This document shows positions 46,891 through 55,923 of a stretch of 62,276 nucleotides of DNA, in pieces; the first letter of the stretch is position 1, and each line of letters begins with the position of its first letter. The notes beneath the pieces are model-generated. The model was not told the DNA's origin. It saw only the letters and a list, made by a program, of their open reading frames with translations, and did no database searches. Source of the DNA: Actinomycetes bacterium (lineage in GTDB: Bacteria > Actinomycetota > Acidimicrobiia > IMCC26256 > PALSA-610); NCBI GenBank assembly GCA_031404355.1, contig JANNHK010000018.1, forward strand, positions 1 to 62,276, given 5' to 3'. Made by a program: the position numbers and the translations under genes.

Positions 46891-47145
46891 GTGACGGTTC
46901 ACCTGCGGCTGTTCGCCACGGCCCGGGAGGCGGCCGGGCGGGCCTCGGACTCCTTCTCCGAGGCCGACGCCCCGACGGTGGGGGCCCTCGTCATCGCGGC
47001 CGTCGACCGTTACGGATCCGGCTTCGAGGCGATCCTGGGAACCTCAAGAATCTGGCTAAATGGGGAGGAACCGCCGGAAGGGGAGGAAAGCCTTTTACAC
47101 CCCGGAGACGAGGTCGCGATCCTGCCGCCGGTGAGTGGAGGCTGA
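46891..47145 (+). CDS. MoaD/ThiS-family sulfur-carrier protein
   Basis: 84 aa, ubiquitin-like. It ends in '...[13 protein letters not shown]'. Confidence 0.75.
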   Translation: MTVHLRLFATAREAAGRASDSFSEADAPTVGALVIAAVDRYGSGFEAILGTSRIWLNGEEPPEGEESLLHPGDEVAILPPVSGG

Positions 47146-47162
47146 TAGCTTTCGCGCCGCTC

Positions 47163-48254
47163 GTGCGCGCCTTTTTCTCTTTCTCGTCGCTCCGCCGCGC
47201 CATTCCTGTGGCCGTGGCGCTTGCCCTCCTGGCGCCGGCGCAAGCCGCGACCGCGGCCCGCGATCCATTGGCCGAAGCCGAGGCGCGTGTCACCAGCGCC
47301 CAGCGCGCCGCCAACGAAGCCGCCGAACAGTACGAGGAAGCCCAGAGCGTCTACTGGGGTCTCGAAGGGGACATCGACCGCACCCGAACGGCTGTGACCG
47401 CGACCGAAGCGAGCGCCGCGGCGCTGACATCCGTCGCGCAGCAGCGTGCGGTGGAGGCGTATACCGAGGGCGGGCTCGACCTCGATGTCGTCGTCGAAGG
47501 CAACGACGTGCTCGAGGCCCAGCGTCGCAACGAACTTCTCGACCGGGTCAACGAAGACGGCAACCTCGCCGTCGAGCAACTCGGAGCCGTTACCGAGGAC
47601 CTCCGTGTGCAGGAGGCGAGTCTCGCCGACCAGATCGCGCAGCAGGAACAAGTCGTCGCGCAGATGAAGGAGACCGAGTCGCAGCTGCGCGACGCCCTCG
47701 CCGCCGCCGAGCGGGCCGAGTCCGAACTGCGGGCGCGCCTCGAACGCGAACGCAAGGCCCGTGAATTCCAGGAACGGTTGCGCCGGGCGCGCGCCGCGGC
47801 ATCGACGAGTTCGAGCAGCGGCAGCAGCCGAAGCGGCGGGTCGGCCGGCACGATCGTCGCGAGCGGATCGTGGGTGTGTCCGGTGCCGGGCGGGTCGTCG
47901 TTCGGCGACTCGTGGGGTGCGCCCCGCTCCGGTGGCCGCAGCCACCAAGGTGTCGACATGATGGCGTCGTCGGGTACGCCGGTCGCGGCCGTTGTGGGCG
48001 GGTCGATCCGCCAGAGTTCCGGCGGTCTCGGCGGCCTTTCCATCTGGTTGAACGGCAGCGACGGCAATACGTACTACTACGCCCACTTGCGCGACTTCGC
48101 GGGTGGCTCGCGTTCGGTCTCGGCGGGCGAATTGATCGGTTCGGTCGGCAGTACCGGGAACGCCAACGGCGGTGCCCCGCACCTCCACTTCGAGATCCAT
48201 CCGGGCGGGGGACGGGCCGTCAACCCCTACCCCACCGTGCGCTCCCGGTGCTGA
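47163..48254 (+). CDS. Secreted coiled-coil M23-family metallopeptidase
   Basis: A signal peptide and long coiled coil, then '[14 protein letters not shown]' and '[19 protein letters not shown]'. Confidence 0.85.
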   Translation: MRAFFSFSSLRRAIPVAVALALLAPAQAATAARDPLAEAEARVTSAQRAANEAAEQYEEAQSVYWGLEGDIDRTRTAVTATEASAAALTSVAQQRAVEAYTEGGLDLDVVVEGNDVLEAQRRNELLDRVNEDGNLAVEQLGAVTEDLRVQEASLADQIAQQEQVVAQMKETESQLRDALAAAERAESELRARLERERKAREFQERLRRARAAASTSSSSGSSRSGGSAGTIVASGSWVCPVPGGSSFGDSWGAPRSGGRSHQGVDMMASSGTPVAAVVGGSIRQSSGGLGGLSIWLNGSDGNTYYYAHLRDFAGGSRSVSAGELIGSVGSTGNANGGAPHLHFEIHPGGGRAVNPYPTVRSRC

Positions 48255-48266
48255 CGATCAGCGGGC

Positions 48267-48824
48267 TTGCGTTGGCCAGCCGCCCCCTTCGCGGGCACTA
48301 GCCTCCGACCGGTGACTGCATCCGAACGCATCCAGCGCCTGCTCGACCCGCAATTCGTCGCGGCGCTCGACCGGCACGACGTCGACGCGTTGCGCGAGCT
48401 GAAGGCCGAGGCCTCCGACATCGAACTCTCGGTGTCGTACTACCGCCGCCTCGCGCAAGCCCGCATGGAAATTCTCGAAGCGGAACGCGCCCGCCGCGAA
48501 CGGGGGGGAGACATTTCCGAACTCGTCGCCGACCTGCCCCGCATCCTCGGGTCGGGTGGCGGGCGCGCCGCACCTGCCGACTCGCGCGTTCCCGACGCCG
48601 ACACGCCGGCGGTCGAGCTGAAGTGGGAGGACGGTCGCGAAGAGCTGGTCGCCGACCTGACGCTCGCGAACCTGCCAACGCTCGACGAAGCTGAACTCGC
48701 CGACACCGTCGCACGCCTCAGCGATTTCGAGCGCGAGCTTTCCGATATTCGCCGCGACCTTCACGGAGTGATCGACGCGCTCGAGCGGGAGATCGCGACG
48801 CGGCAGGTAGCCGGAACCGCGTGA
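48267..48824 (+). CDS. RsiG-like helical protein (candidate c-di-GMP-dependent anti-sigma factor); alternative start GTG 48312
   Basis: Two E(X)3S(X)2R(X)3[Q/H](X)3[D/E] motifs: 'ELSVSYYRRLAQARME' (48423-48470) and 'ERELSDIRRDLHGVID' (48729-48776). Confidence 0.6.
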   Translation: MRWPAAPFAGTSLRPVTASERIQRLLDPQFVAALDRHDVDALRELKAEASDIELSVSYYRRLAQARMEILEAERARRERGGDISELVADLPRILGSGGGRAAPADSRVPDADTPAVELKWEDGREELVADLTLANLPTLDEAELADTVARLSDFERELSDIRRDLHGVIDALEREIATRQVAGTA

Positions 48825-48961
48825 CCGTGCGGACGCAGCCGCAGCCCTTGGACGCCGCAGGCCGCGATGGCTTCGGCGAGGGAGCCATGTGGACCGTGCG
48901 GACGCAGCCGCAGCCCTTGGACGCCGCAGGCCGCGATGGCTGCGGTGAGGGAGCCATGTGA
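48821..48961 (+). repeat. Tandem pair of 69-bp MIRU-like intercistronic repeats forming one 46-codon mini-ORF
   Basis: The units are 48821-48889 and 48890-48958, with 4 mismatches. GTGA overlaps the upstream stop. ATGTGA overlaps the downstream GTG start. Each unit ends in GAGGGAGCCATG. Confidence 0.8.
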
Positions 48962-49332
48962 CTGAGCCGTTCGAGTCGCGGCTGCACGACCTGGGCGAGT
49001 TCATTCGTGACCAACGCCGGAACGCGCGGCTCTCGCTGCGCAAGTTGAGCGAAGCGGCCGGCATCTCGAATCCGTATCTCAGCCAAATCGAGCGCGGGTT
49101 GCGCAAGCCATCGGCCGAGATCCTCCAGTCGATCGCCAAGGGGCTGCGGATCTCGGCGGAGACGCTGTACGTCCGGGCCGGCATCCTCGACGAGCGCCGG
49201 GAGGTCGAAGCCGACTTGGTCGAAGTGGTGCTGGGCGACCCGACCCTGAACGACCGCCAGAAGCAGGTGCTGGTCGAGATCTACCGGTCGTTCCAGGCCG
49301 AAAACCGGGGCCAGGACGCGGAAGCGGGCTGA
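48958..49332 (+). CDS. XRE-family helix-turn-helix transcriptional regulator
   Basis: 'LSLRKLSEAAGISNPYLSQIERGLRKPS'. Confidence 0.85.
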   Translation: MTEPFESRLHDLGEFIRDQRRNARLSLRKLSEAAGISNPYLSQIERGLRKPSAEILQSIAKGLRISAETLYVRAGILDERREVEADLVEVVLGDPTLNDRQKQVLVEIYRSFQAENRGQDAEAG

Positions 49333-49361
49333 TCCGGGCCCTTGGGTACGATGCGCCCGCA

Positions 49362-50585
49362 ATGACTTTTCGTCGCGTTGCCGTGTTCAGCATGCACACG
49401 TCGCCGCTCGCCCAGCCGGGCGCGGGCGATGGGGGCGGCATGAACGTCTACGTCCGGGCAATGGCCTCCGCGCTCGCGCGTTCGGGGGTCGACTGCGACG
49501 TGTACACGCGCGCCGAGCACCCTGAGCAGCGTCCCGTGGTTCGGGTCGAACCGCGTTTTCGTGTCATCCACGTTCCGGCCGGCCCGCTCGAACCGGTAGC
49601 CAAACACGATCTGCTCGGACTCGTGGACCCGTTCGTCGAAGCCGCGTCCGAACTGATGGTCGGCCGGGCACCGGTCGACGTGCTCCACGGCAACTACTGG
49701 CTCTCCGGTTCGGTCGCACATCGGTTGAAGCACATCCACGACCTGCCGATGGTCGCGACGTTCCACACGCTCGCGCGCGTCAAGGCCGACGCGGGTGTCG
49801 ACGACGACAGCGCCGATCGGGCTCGTGTCGAGCACGACGTCATCGCGTGCGCCGACTTGATGTTGGCGTCGACCGACGACGAGCGCGCGCAACTCGCGTC
49901 GCTCTACGACGCCGACCCGGGCCGCATCGAAGTGGTTCCACCGGGTGTCGACCACGCGGTGTTCGAGCCCGGCGACCGCGTCGCGGCCCGGCGTCGACTC
50001 GGTCTCCAGGGCCGGCGCGTGCTGCTGTTCGTCGGACGCATTCAACCGCTCAAAGGCGTCGACCTCGCGGTGCGGTGCCTCGCATCGCTCGCCGATCCGA
50101 CGACCACGTTGCTCATCGTCGGCGGCCCGAGTGGTGCCGGCGGTGAAGCCGAACTGCGGCGGGTGCACGCACTCGTCGACGATCTGGGGCTGCGCGAGCG
50201 TGTGCGTTTCGTCGCGCCGCAGCCGCACGAGGGTCTTGCCGATTACTACCGGGCGGCCGACGTGTGCGTCGTTCCGTCACGCACCGAGTCGTTCGGTCTC
50301 GTCGCGCTCGAAGCCGCCGCGTGCGGAACCCCGGTCGTCGCGGCGGCGGTGGGCGGGCTGCGGTCGCTGGTCGACGACGGGCACACCGGGTTCCTGGTCG
50401 AGGGCCGTGACCCGTCCGACTTCGCGGCGCCGGTGGAGCTGTTGCTCGGCGATACCGACATCGCGGCCGAGATGGGTGTCAGTGCGGCGGCGCGATCGCG
50501 GCGGTACTCGTGGAGCATCACGGCCGCTCGCCTGCGCCGTTTGTACGGCGACCTTGTCGTGCGCGGCCTCGTTCGATGTGACTGA
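49362..50585 (+). CDS. mshA: D-inositol-3-phosphate glycosyltransferase (mycothiol biosynthesis)
   Basis: 'VAVFSMHTSPLAQPGAGDGGGMNVYV', GT4 'PSRTESFGLVALEAAACGTPVVA'. Confidence 0.9.
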   Translation: MTFRRVAVFSMHTSPLAQPGAGDGGGMNVYVRAMASALARSGVDCDVYTRAEHPEQRPVVRVEPRFRVIHVPAGPLEPVAKHDLLGLVDPFVEAASELMVGRAPVDVLHGNYWLSGSVAHRLKHIHDLPMVATFHTLARVKADAGVDDDSADRARVEHDVIACADLMLASTDDERAQLASLYDADPGRIEVVPPGVDHAVFEPGDRVAARRRLGLQGRRVLLFVGRIQPLKGVDLAVRCLASLADPTTTLLIVGGPSGAGGEAELRRVHALVDDLGLRERVRFVAPQPHEGLADYYRAADVCVVPSRTESFGLVALEAAACGTPVVAAAVGGLRSLVDDGHTGFLVEGRDPSDFAAPVELLLGDTDIAAEMGVSAAARSRRYSWSITAARLRRLYGDLVVRGLVRCD

Positions 50586-51030
50586 GCCGGTTCTCGACGA
50601 GCAGTTCCTTGCCGAGAAGCACGCGCTGATCGCCGCGCACCTCGAAGGGCCCGTTGCGCGCGAACCGTGGGTGCAGGTGGTCGAGTACGACTCGACGATC
50701 CCGCGCTGGTACGTGCGTTTCGGTTGCGACGGGCGCGACGCGGCGACGATCTACTTCGACCTGCACCAGCGCACGCTGCGCTACGAGGTCTATTTCATGC
50801 CGGACCCGCCCGCGCACCACGCGGAGTTGTACGCGTTTCTGATGCGCTGCAACCACACGTTGTACGGCGCGAGCTTTTCGGTCGGTCCCGACGGCGACGT
50901 CTACCTCGTCGGTCGGCGGCTGCTCGAACACCTCGACGAAGCCGAACTCGACCGCATCATCGGCGTGCTCTACGAGGCGGTCGAACGCCGGTTCCAACCC
51001 GCGATCCGCATCGGCTTCCGTAACGTCTAA
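50578..51030 (+). CDS. YbjN-domain protein
   Basis: The GTG at 50578 overlaps the mshA end. 'WYVRFGCDGRDAATIYFDLHQRTLRYEVYF...VGPDGDVYLVGR'. This is the conserved partner downstream of mshA. Confidence 0.75.
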   Translation: MTEPVLDEQFLAEKHALIAAHLEGPVAREPWVQVVEYDSTIPRWYVRFGCDGRDAATIYFDLHQRTLRYEVYFMPDPPAHHAELYAFLMRCNHTLYGASFSVGPDGDVYLVGRRLLEHLDEAELDRIIGVLYEAVERRFQPAIRIGFRNV

Positions 51031-51188
51031 AAATGTCTGAGATTGTGACAAGAGGTCTTGTGATGCCGAAACCTATCGTGGTACGGTGACCTCGCCAACC
51101 GGGCCCGAGGTGCAGGACGGTCGGCTCCGTTCGGGGAAGTGCGGGGTCGATTGAAGCGTTCCTCGGGCCCGTCGGCGCGCGTACGCTC

Positions 51189-51995
51189 ATGAACATGGCT
51201 CGCGTCGCGTTGCTCGGTGGCGGAAAGATGGGCGCGGCGCTGCTGGGTGGGTTGCTCGAAGTCGGCTGGGAAGCCGATCTGCTGTCGGTTGCCGAGATCG
51301 ACGTCGAACGCCGCCGCGAACTCGAGCAACAGTTCCCCAAGGTGCGGGTGGTCCCGAGCCCGGCGTGGGCCGTCGCCGACGCCGAGGTCGTCGTCCTCGC
51401 GGTCAAGCCCGGAGACGTCCCTGCCACCCTCGAGTCGGTCGAACCCGCGCTGCGCGAAGACACCCTTGTGCTCTCGATCGCGGCCGGCGTCACGATCGCC
51501 ACGATCGAAGCGCTCGTGCCCGGCCGGCCTGTCGTGCGCGCGATGCCGAATACGCCCGCACTCGTCGGCCGCGGCGCGTCGGCGATCGCGCCGGGAACCA
51601 CGGCGACCGACGACCACCTCGATCTCGCCGAGCGTCTCCTCGGTGCCGTAGGCATCGTCGTGCGCGTCGGCGAACCTTCGCTCGACGCGGTGACCGGACT
51701 TTCGGGATCGGGCCCGGCCTACGTGATGCTGATGGCCGAAGCGATGATCGAAGCGGGCGTACTCGTCGGGCTGCCCCGCGATGTCGCCAACGAACTCGTC
51801 GTACAAACGCTCCTCGGGTCCGCCACCCTGCTGGCACAAAGTGATTCGGGTCCCGAGGCCCTGCGCGCCGCGGTCACCTCGCCCGGCGGAACGACCGCAG
51901 CCGGGTTGCACGAACTCGAACGCGCGGGTGTGCGCGCCGCCTTCCTCGACGCGGTCGCGGCCGCGACCCGCCGATCACGCGAGCTCGGGCAATAA
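51189..51995 (+). CDS. proC: Pyrroline-5-carboxylate reductase
   Basis: 'VALLGGGKMGAAL', 'VRAMPNTPALVG', 'VTSPGGTTAAGL'. Confidence 0.9.
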   Translation: MNMARVALLGGGKMGAALLGGLLEVGWEADLLSVAEIDVERRRELEQQFPKVRVVPSPAWAVADAEVVVLAVKPGDVPATLESVEPALREDTLVLSIAAGVTIATIEALVPGRPVVRAMPNTPALVGRGASAIAPGTTATDDHLDLAERLLGAVGIVVRVGEPSLDAVTGLSGSGPAYVMLMAEAMIEAGVLVGLPRDVANELVVQTLLGSATLLAQSDSGPEALRAAVTSPGGTTAAGLHELERAGVRAAFLDAVAAATRRSRELGQ

Positions 51996-51997
51996 CG

Positions 51998-52813
51998 GTG
52001 AAGGCGCGGAATCGTCCGCCGCGCCTTGATACGCACGTCGCCGTCCACGCCCCGCCTGCACCCGCGACGATCGCGGAGCGGTTGGTGCGGGCCAAGGTCG
52101 CAGGGCGCGGTCCGGTCGGCCCGACGGAGTTGCGTCACCTCGTGATGCGCGTCGCCGCGGGCGAAACCGGTGCGCTCGGCGGCGTATCGGCGCCGCACGC
52201 GTCCGCGCCGGACGTGTGGGACGCGGTACATGCGGTCTACGGCGCCACCCTCGAGCACCCGGAGATCGATCCCGACCGGTTGGTATCGGCTGCGTTGCGC
52301 GCCGGCGCGCGCGTCGCCACCGTTGCCCGAGCGGGGGGCCGCATCGGCTTCGCGACCGCGGCGCCCGCCTGCTTGCTCGGCGTACACGCCGCCGTGGCCC
52401 GTCTGGCCCGGGCCGCGGGCGGCGACGTACTCGAAGCCGACGACGCCGGCCCGATACGCGTCGACGGCCGCTCACCACGCTGGGTTCGCTGGATCGACGG
52501 CGTGGCGACCGTCACCGACCGCCGGTCGCTCATTGCCGCCGAGGGCCCCGATGCGCCGTCGGAATGGCTGTTCCAGATCGGCCGGCCCGCACTCGTGGTC
52601 GCCGACGGGTGGTTCGCCGAAGCGGCCGCCGAAGCCGGGATCGAGGTCGTCGCCGCGTCCGGCCTGGATCGCATTGCGCTCGCGGTGCCCGCGAGCCGCC
52701 CGGGGCAGTGCCTCGTGATTCCGGTCCACACGACCCGACCTCCCCGGCACTACCGAACGCTCGTCGAGCTTCTGGAAGACGGTTTCGGTATGCCCGTCGG
52801 TACCGAAATGTGA
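51998..52813 (+). CDS. Hypothetical protein
   Basis: Coding-like composition over 271 codons, directly after proC. I recognised no motif. Confidence 0.5.
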   Translation: MKARNRPPRLDTHVAVHAPPAPATIAERLVRAKVAGRGPVGPTELRHLVMRVAAGETGALGGVSAPHASAPDVWDAVHAVYGATLEHPEIDPDRLVSAALRAGARVATVARAGGRIGFATAAPACLLGVHAAVARLARAAGGDVLEADDAGPIRVDGRSPRWVRWIDGVATVTDRRSLIAAEGPDAPSEWLFQIGRPALVVADGWFAEAAAEAGIEVVAASGLDRIALAVPASRPGQCLVIPVHTTRPPRHYRTLVELLEDGFGMPVGTEM

Positions 52814-52902
52814 CCTCACACACGCATCGGTAGTTCACCCTCGACAACTTCGGCCGCACAGGCGTAAGGTCGTTTTTCAGCGGGCAGGAGTAGGGAGACC
52901 GC

Positions 52903-53097
52903 GTGGGCCAGGGACTGAGTAAGGCGCGATTTCTGACAGTTCAGGAAGTCGCCGATTTGATGCGGGTGTCGTCTATGACGGTCTATCGACTGATCAAGGC
53001 GGCCGACCTGCCGGCGGTGCGCGTTGGGCGCTCCTTCCGGGTGGCGGAATCGGACGTCGACGCGTACCTCGCGTCGCGGTACACCGAGGCGGGTTAG
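52903..53097 (+). CDS. Excisionase-family helix-turn-helix DNA-binding protein (conserved actinobacterial proC neighbour)
   Basis: 'LTVQEVADLMRVSSMTVYRLIKAADLPAVRVGRSFRV'. Confidence 0.85.
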   Translation: MGQGLSKARFLTVQEVADLMRVSSMTVYRLIKAADLPAVRVGRSFRVAESDVDAYLASRYTEAG

Positions 53098-53121
53098 ACC
53101 AACTCGCCCCGCTAACTTCGG

Positions 53122-53949
53122 GTGGTGCCTGACCAGCCGGGATTCGTTTCGTTCCTGTCCGACTATGGACGCGCGGATGAGTTCGTCGGTGTGTGTCACG
53201 CGGTCATGCTCGACATCGCGCCGCATCTGCGGATCGTGGACGTCACGCACGACGTCACCCCGTTCGATGTGCGCGCGGGTGGGCTCGCGTTGGTGCGCGC
53301 GGCCCAGTACCTGCCCGAGGGCATCGTGCTGGCAGTTGTCGACCCGGGCGTGGGCACCGATCGGCGGTGCATCGCAGTGCAGGTCGAGAACGGGTACCTC
53401 GTCGGGCCCGACAACGGCCTGCTCGCGCCCGCGGTCACGATGCTCGGCGGCCCGCAACTCGTCGTCGCGCTGACGAACCCCGAGTACCAGCTCCCCGCGC
53501 CCGGCCCTACGTTCTCGGGCCGCGACGTGATGGCCCCGGCCGTCGCCCACATCGCCAACGGGGTCGAGCTGACCATGCTCGGCGAGGTCGTCGATCCCGC
53601 TTCGCTCGCACCCGGGCTGCTCCCGTTGCCCCAGGAGCTGGAGGGCACGCTCGTCGGCGAGGTGCTCTGGGTGGACCGGTTCGGCAATTGCCAGCTCAAT
53701 ATCGACCCCGACGCGCTCGCCGCGCTCGGCGCCCGGCCCGACGGCCCGATCAAAGTGCGGTTCGGCGAGAAGTCACGGCGGGCCCGGTGGGTGGGCACGT
53801 TCGCCGATGCCAAGGCCTCGGAGTTGGTGCTGATCGTCGACTCGTACGGATTGTGCGCGCTGGCGTTCGACCGGCAGTCGGCGGCGGCCGAGCTGAAGAT
53901 CCGGGCCGGGACCACGATCGTGCTCGTCCCGCCCGGAGACCCGGAATGA
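53122..53949 (+). CDS. SAM hydrolase / SAM-dependent halogenase-family protein (DUF62)
   Basis: 'FLSDYGRADEFVGVCHAVM', 'VVDPGVGTDRR', 'GPDNGLL', 'TFSGRDVMAPA', 'VDRFGN'. Confidence 0.85.
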   Translation: MVPDQPGFVSFLSDYGRADEFVGVCHAVMLDIAPHLRIVDVTHDVTPFDVRAGGLALVRAAQYLPEGIVLAVVDPGVGTDRRCIAVQVENGYLVGPDNGLLAPAVTMLGGPQLVVALTNPEYQLPAPGPTFSGRDVMAPAVAHIANGVELTMLGEVVDPASLAPGLLPLPQELEGTLVGEVLWVDRFGNCQLNIDPDALAALGARPDGPIKVRFGEKSRRARWVGTFADAKASELVLIVDSYGLCALAFDRQSAAAELKIRAGTTIVLVPPGDPE

Positions 53950-54411
53950 GCCGAAACTCATGAGCCGAAACTCATGAGGTGGGGCACCAGCCTGGTGCTG
54001 GTCGCGTTGCTCGGGTTGATCCTGCTCGCCGCGGTGGCCCAGTTCGTCCTGCGCCTGGGCCCGTAACGGGCCCCGAAACGCAACTTGCGTCGCACACCAC
54101 CCTGAAGCGGTTGTGCGACGCAAGAATGTGTACGTGTCTCGGAATTCGGGGCCCCGGCCGCAGTTGCGGACGTTTCTGGGGCGGGCTGGGAGGCTACGTT
54201 GCGAGGGTCCTACCGGTTTCCCGGCAAACACCCCCGCCGCCCACTCCCACGACCGAGACCCCCGATCTTTCCGAGTCGAGACGGCCAGGCCGCTCGCTTG
54301 TATGCCTAACTACGACACCCTCCGCGCGTTTCTTGAGCGACAGTTGTCACTCTAAGTGGGAATAGCCGACCCATACACGGGGCCGGTGATCCGGACGTAC
54401 GCTCCCGGGCC

Positions 54412-55900
54412 GTGAACCTCGCCGCTGCGCTGCTCGAGACCGCCGCGACTGCCCCCGACCGGCCCGCCCTGTTGACGGCCGCGGGTGTCGTCACCCACGG
54501 CGAACTTGCCGACTGGGTCGCCCGGGTCCGGGTCCTCCTCGTGGCCAACGGCGCCGGGCCCGGCTCCCGAGTCGCCATCGTCGTCGGCAACGAGGTCGAG
54601 TTCGTTGCCGCCTACCTGGCGACCCTGGCGGCCGGCGCGGTGGCCGTGCCGCTCAATCCGATTGCACCGTCGCACGAACTGGGTCGCGAACTCGCGGTCG
54701 TCGAACCGGCGCTGGTCGTCACAACCACTGAGCACCTCGACCTCGCGCGGCGAGCCTGCTCTCACGAGGACATCACCGCGCCGACACTCGCGCTCGACGC
54801 CGAGGTGTCCGACGCGCGTCACACGGCACCGTTCGTCGACCGCGAGTCGGGCGACCTCGCGGTGCTGTTGTTCACCGCCGGTACGGCCGGCGCGCCGAAA
54901 GCCGCGATGCTCACGCACGGATCGTTGCTCGCAAACATCGACCAGATGCAGGGGCACGCGGGCCTTCGCATCCACGAGGACGACGTCGTGCTCGGTGTCC
55001 TGCCGTTCTTCCACGTGTTCGGATTGAACGTCGTGGTCGGTCTCGGACTGCGTGCCGGCGCCGCCGTCTCGCTCGTCGAGCACTTCCATCCGGCCGAAAC
55101 ACTGGCGCGCATTCGCGACGACAAAGCGACGGTCGTGGCAGGTGTCCCGGCGATGTACGCGGCCTGGCTGGCAGTTCCCGACGCGCCCGCCGACGCGTTT
55201 TCGACGGTACGGCTGTGTGTGTCCGGCGCCGCGGCACTCTCCGAACGTGACGCGCGAGGAATGCTCGAACGGTTCGGTGTCGAAGTGCACGAGGGTTACG
55301 GGTTGACCGAAGCGTCGCCGGTCGTGACGACGAGCGCGGTCGCGGCAACGCCCCGACCGGGCTCGATTGGTCCGCCGTTGCCCGGTGTCGACGTGCGCCT
55401 CGTCGACGCCGACGGCGCGGCGGTGCTCGACGGCGACCCGGGCGAAGTGCTCGTGCGCGGCGCCAACGTGTTCGCGGGGTACTGGCACGACGCCGAGGCG
55501 ACCACGCGCGTGCTGACCGACGACGGGTGGTTGCGCACCGGCGACATCGCGGTCGCCGACGACGACGGCTGGCTCACGCTCGTCGAGCGGGCCAAGGACG
55601 TCATCATCGTTTCCGGTTTCAACGTTTTTCCCCGGCGAGGTCGAGGACGCGCTGGCCGACTATGCCGATGTCGTCGAAGTGGCCGTGGTCGGCGAGCCCC
55701 ACCCGCGCACGGGCGAGACGGTGGTCGCGTACGTGGTGGCGCGGCCCGGTGCGGCGCCCGATCCGGTGGCCCTGCTCCGCCACGCCGGTCGCCGGATCGC
55801 GCGTTACAAGCTCCCGACCCGGGTCGAGGTCGTCGCCGAACTCCCCCGCTCGTATACCGGGAAGCTCCTCCGGCGCGTCCTCACCGGCGACGCGAAATAA
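54412..55900 (+). CDS. AMP-dependent acyl-CoA synthetase/ligase, apparently frameshifted at ~55624-55632
   Basis: 'LLFTAGTAGAPKAAMLTH', 'GYGLTEASP', 'WLRTGDIAVADDDGWLTLVERAKDVIIVSGFNVFP'. The C-terminus, 'EVEDALADYADVVEVAVVGEPHP...YKLPTRVEVVAELPRSYTGKLLRR', continues in the frame of ORF 55679-55900. Confidence 0.8.
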
Positions 55901-55923
55901 CCGGCAGATTTCGCTTCCACACT

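Noticed and set aside
48956-50589. Identical 14-mer ATGTGACTGAGCCG at the XRE start (48956-48969) and at the mshA/ybjN junction (50576-50589).
   Set aside because: It might be a relic of the MIRU-like element end. With only two instances and no flanking similarity, I cannot separate this from coincidence at two GTGA-type overlaps.
54200-54290. The idea that the C-rich tracts represent a 6C-type small RNA.
   Set aside because: I could not fold two clean C-loop hairpins. The genomic context does not match what I know for 6C RNA.
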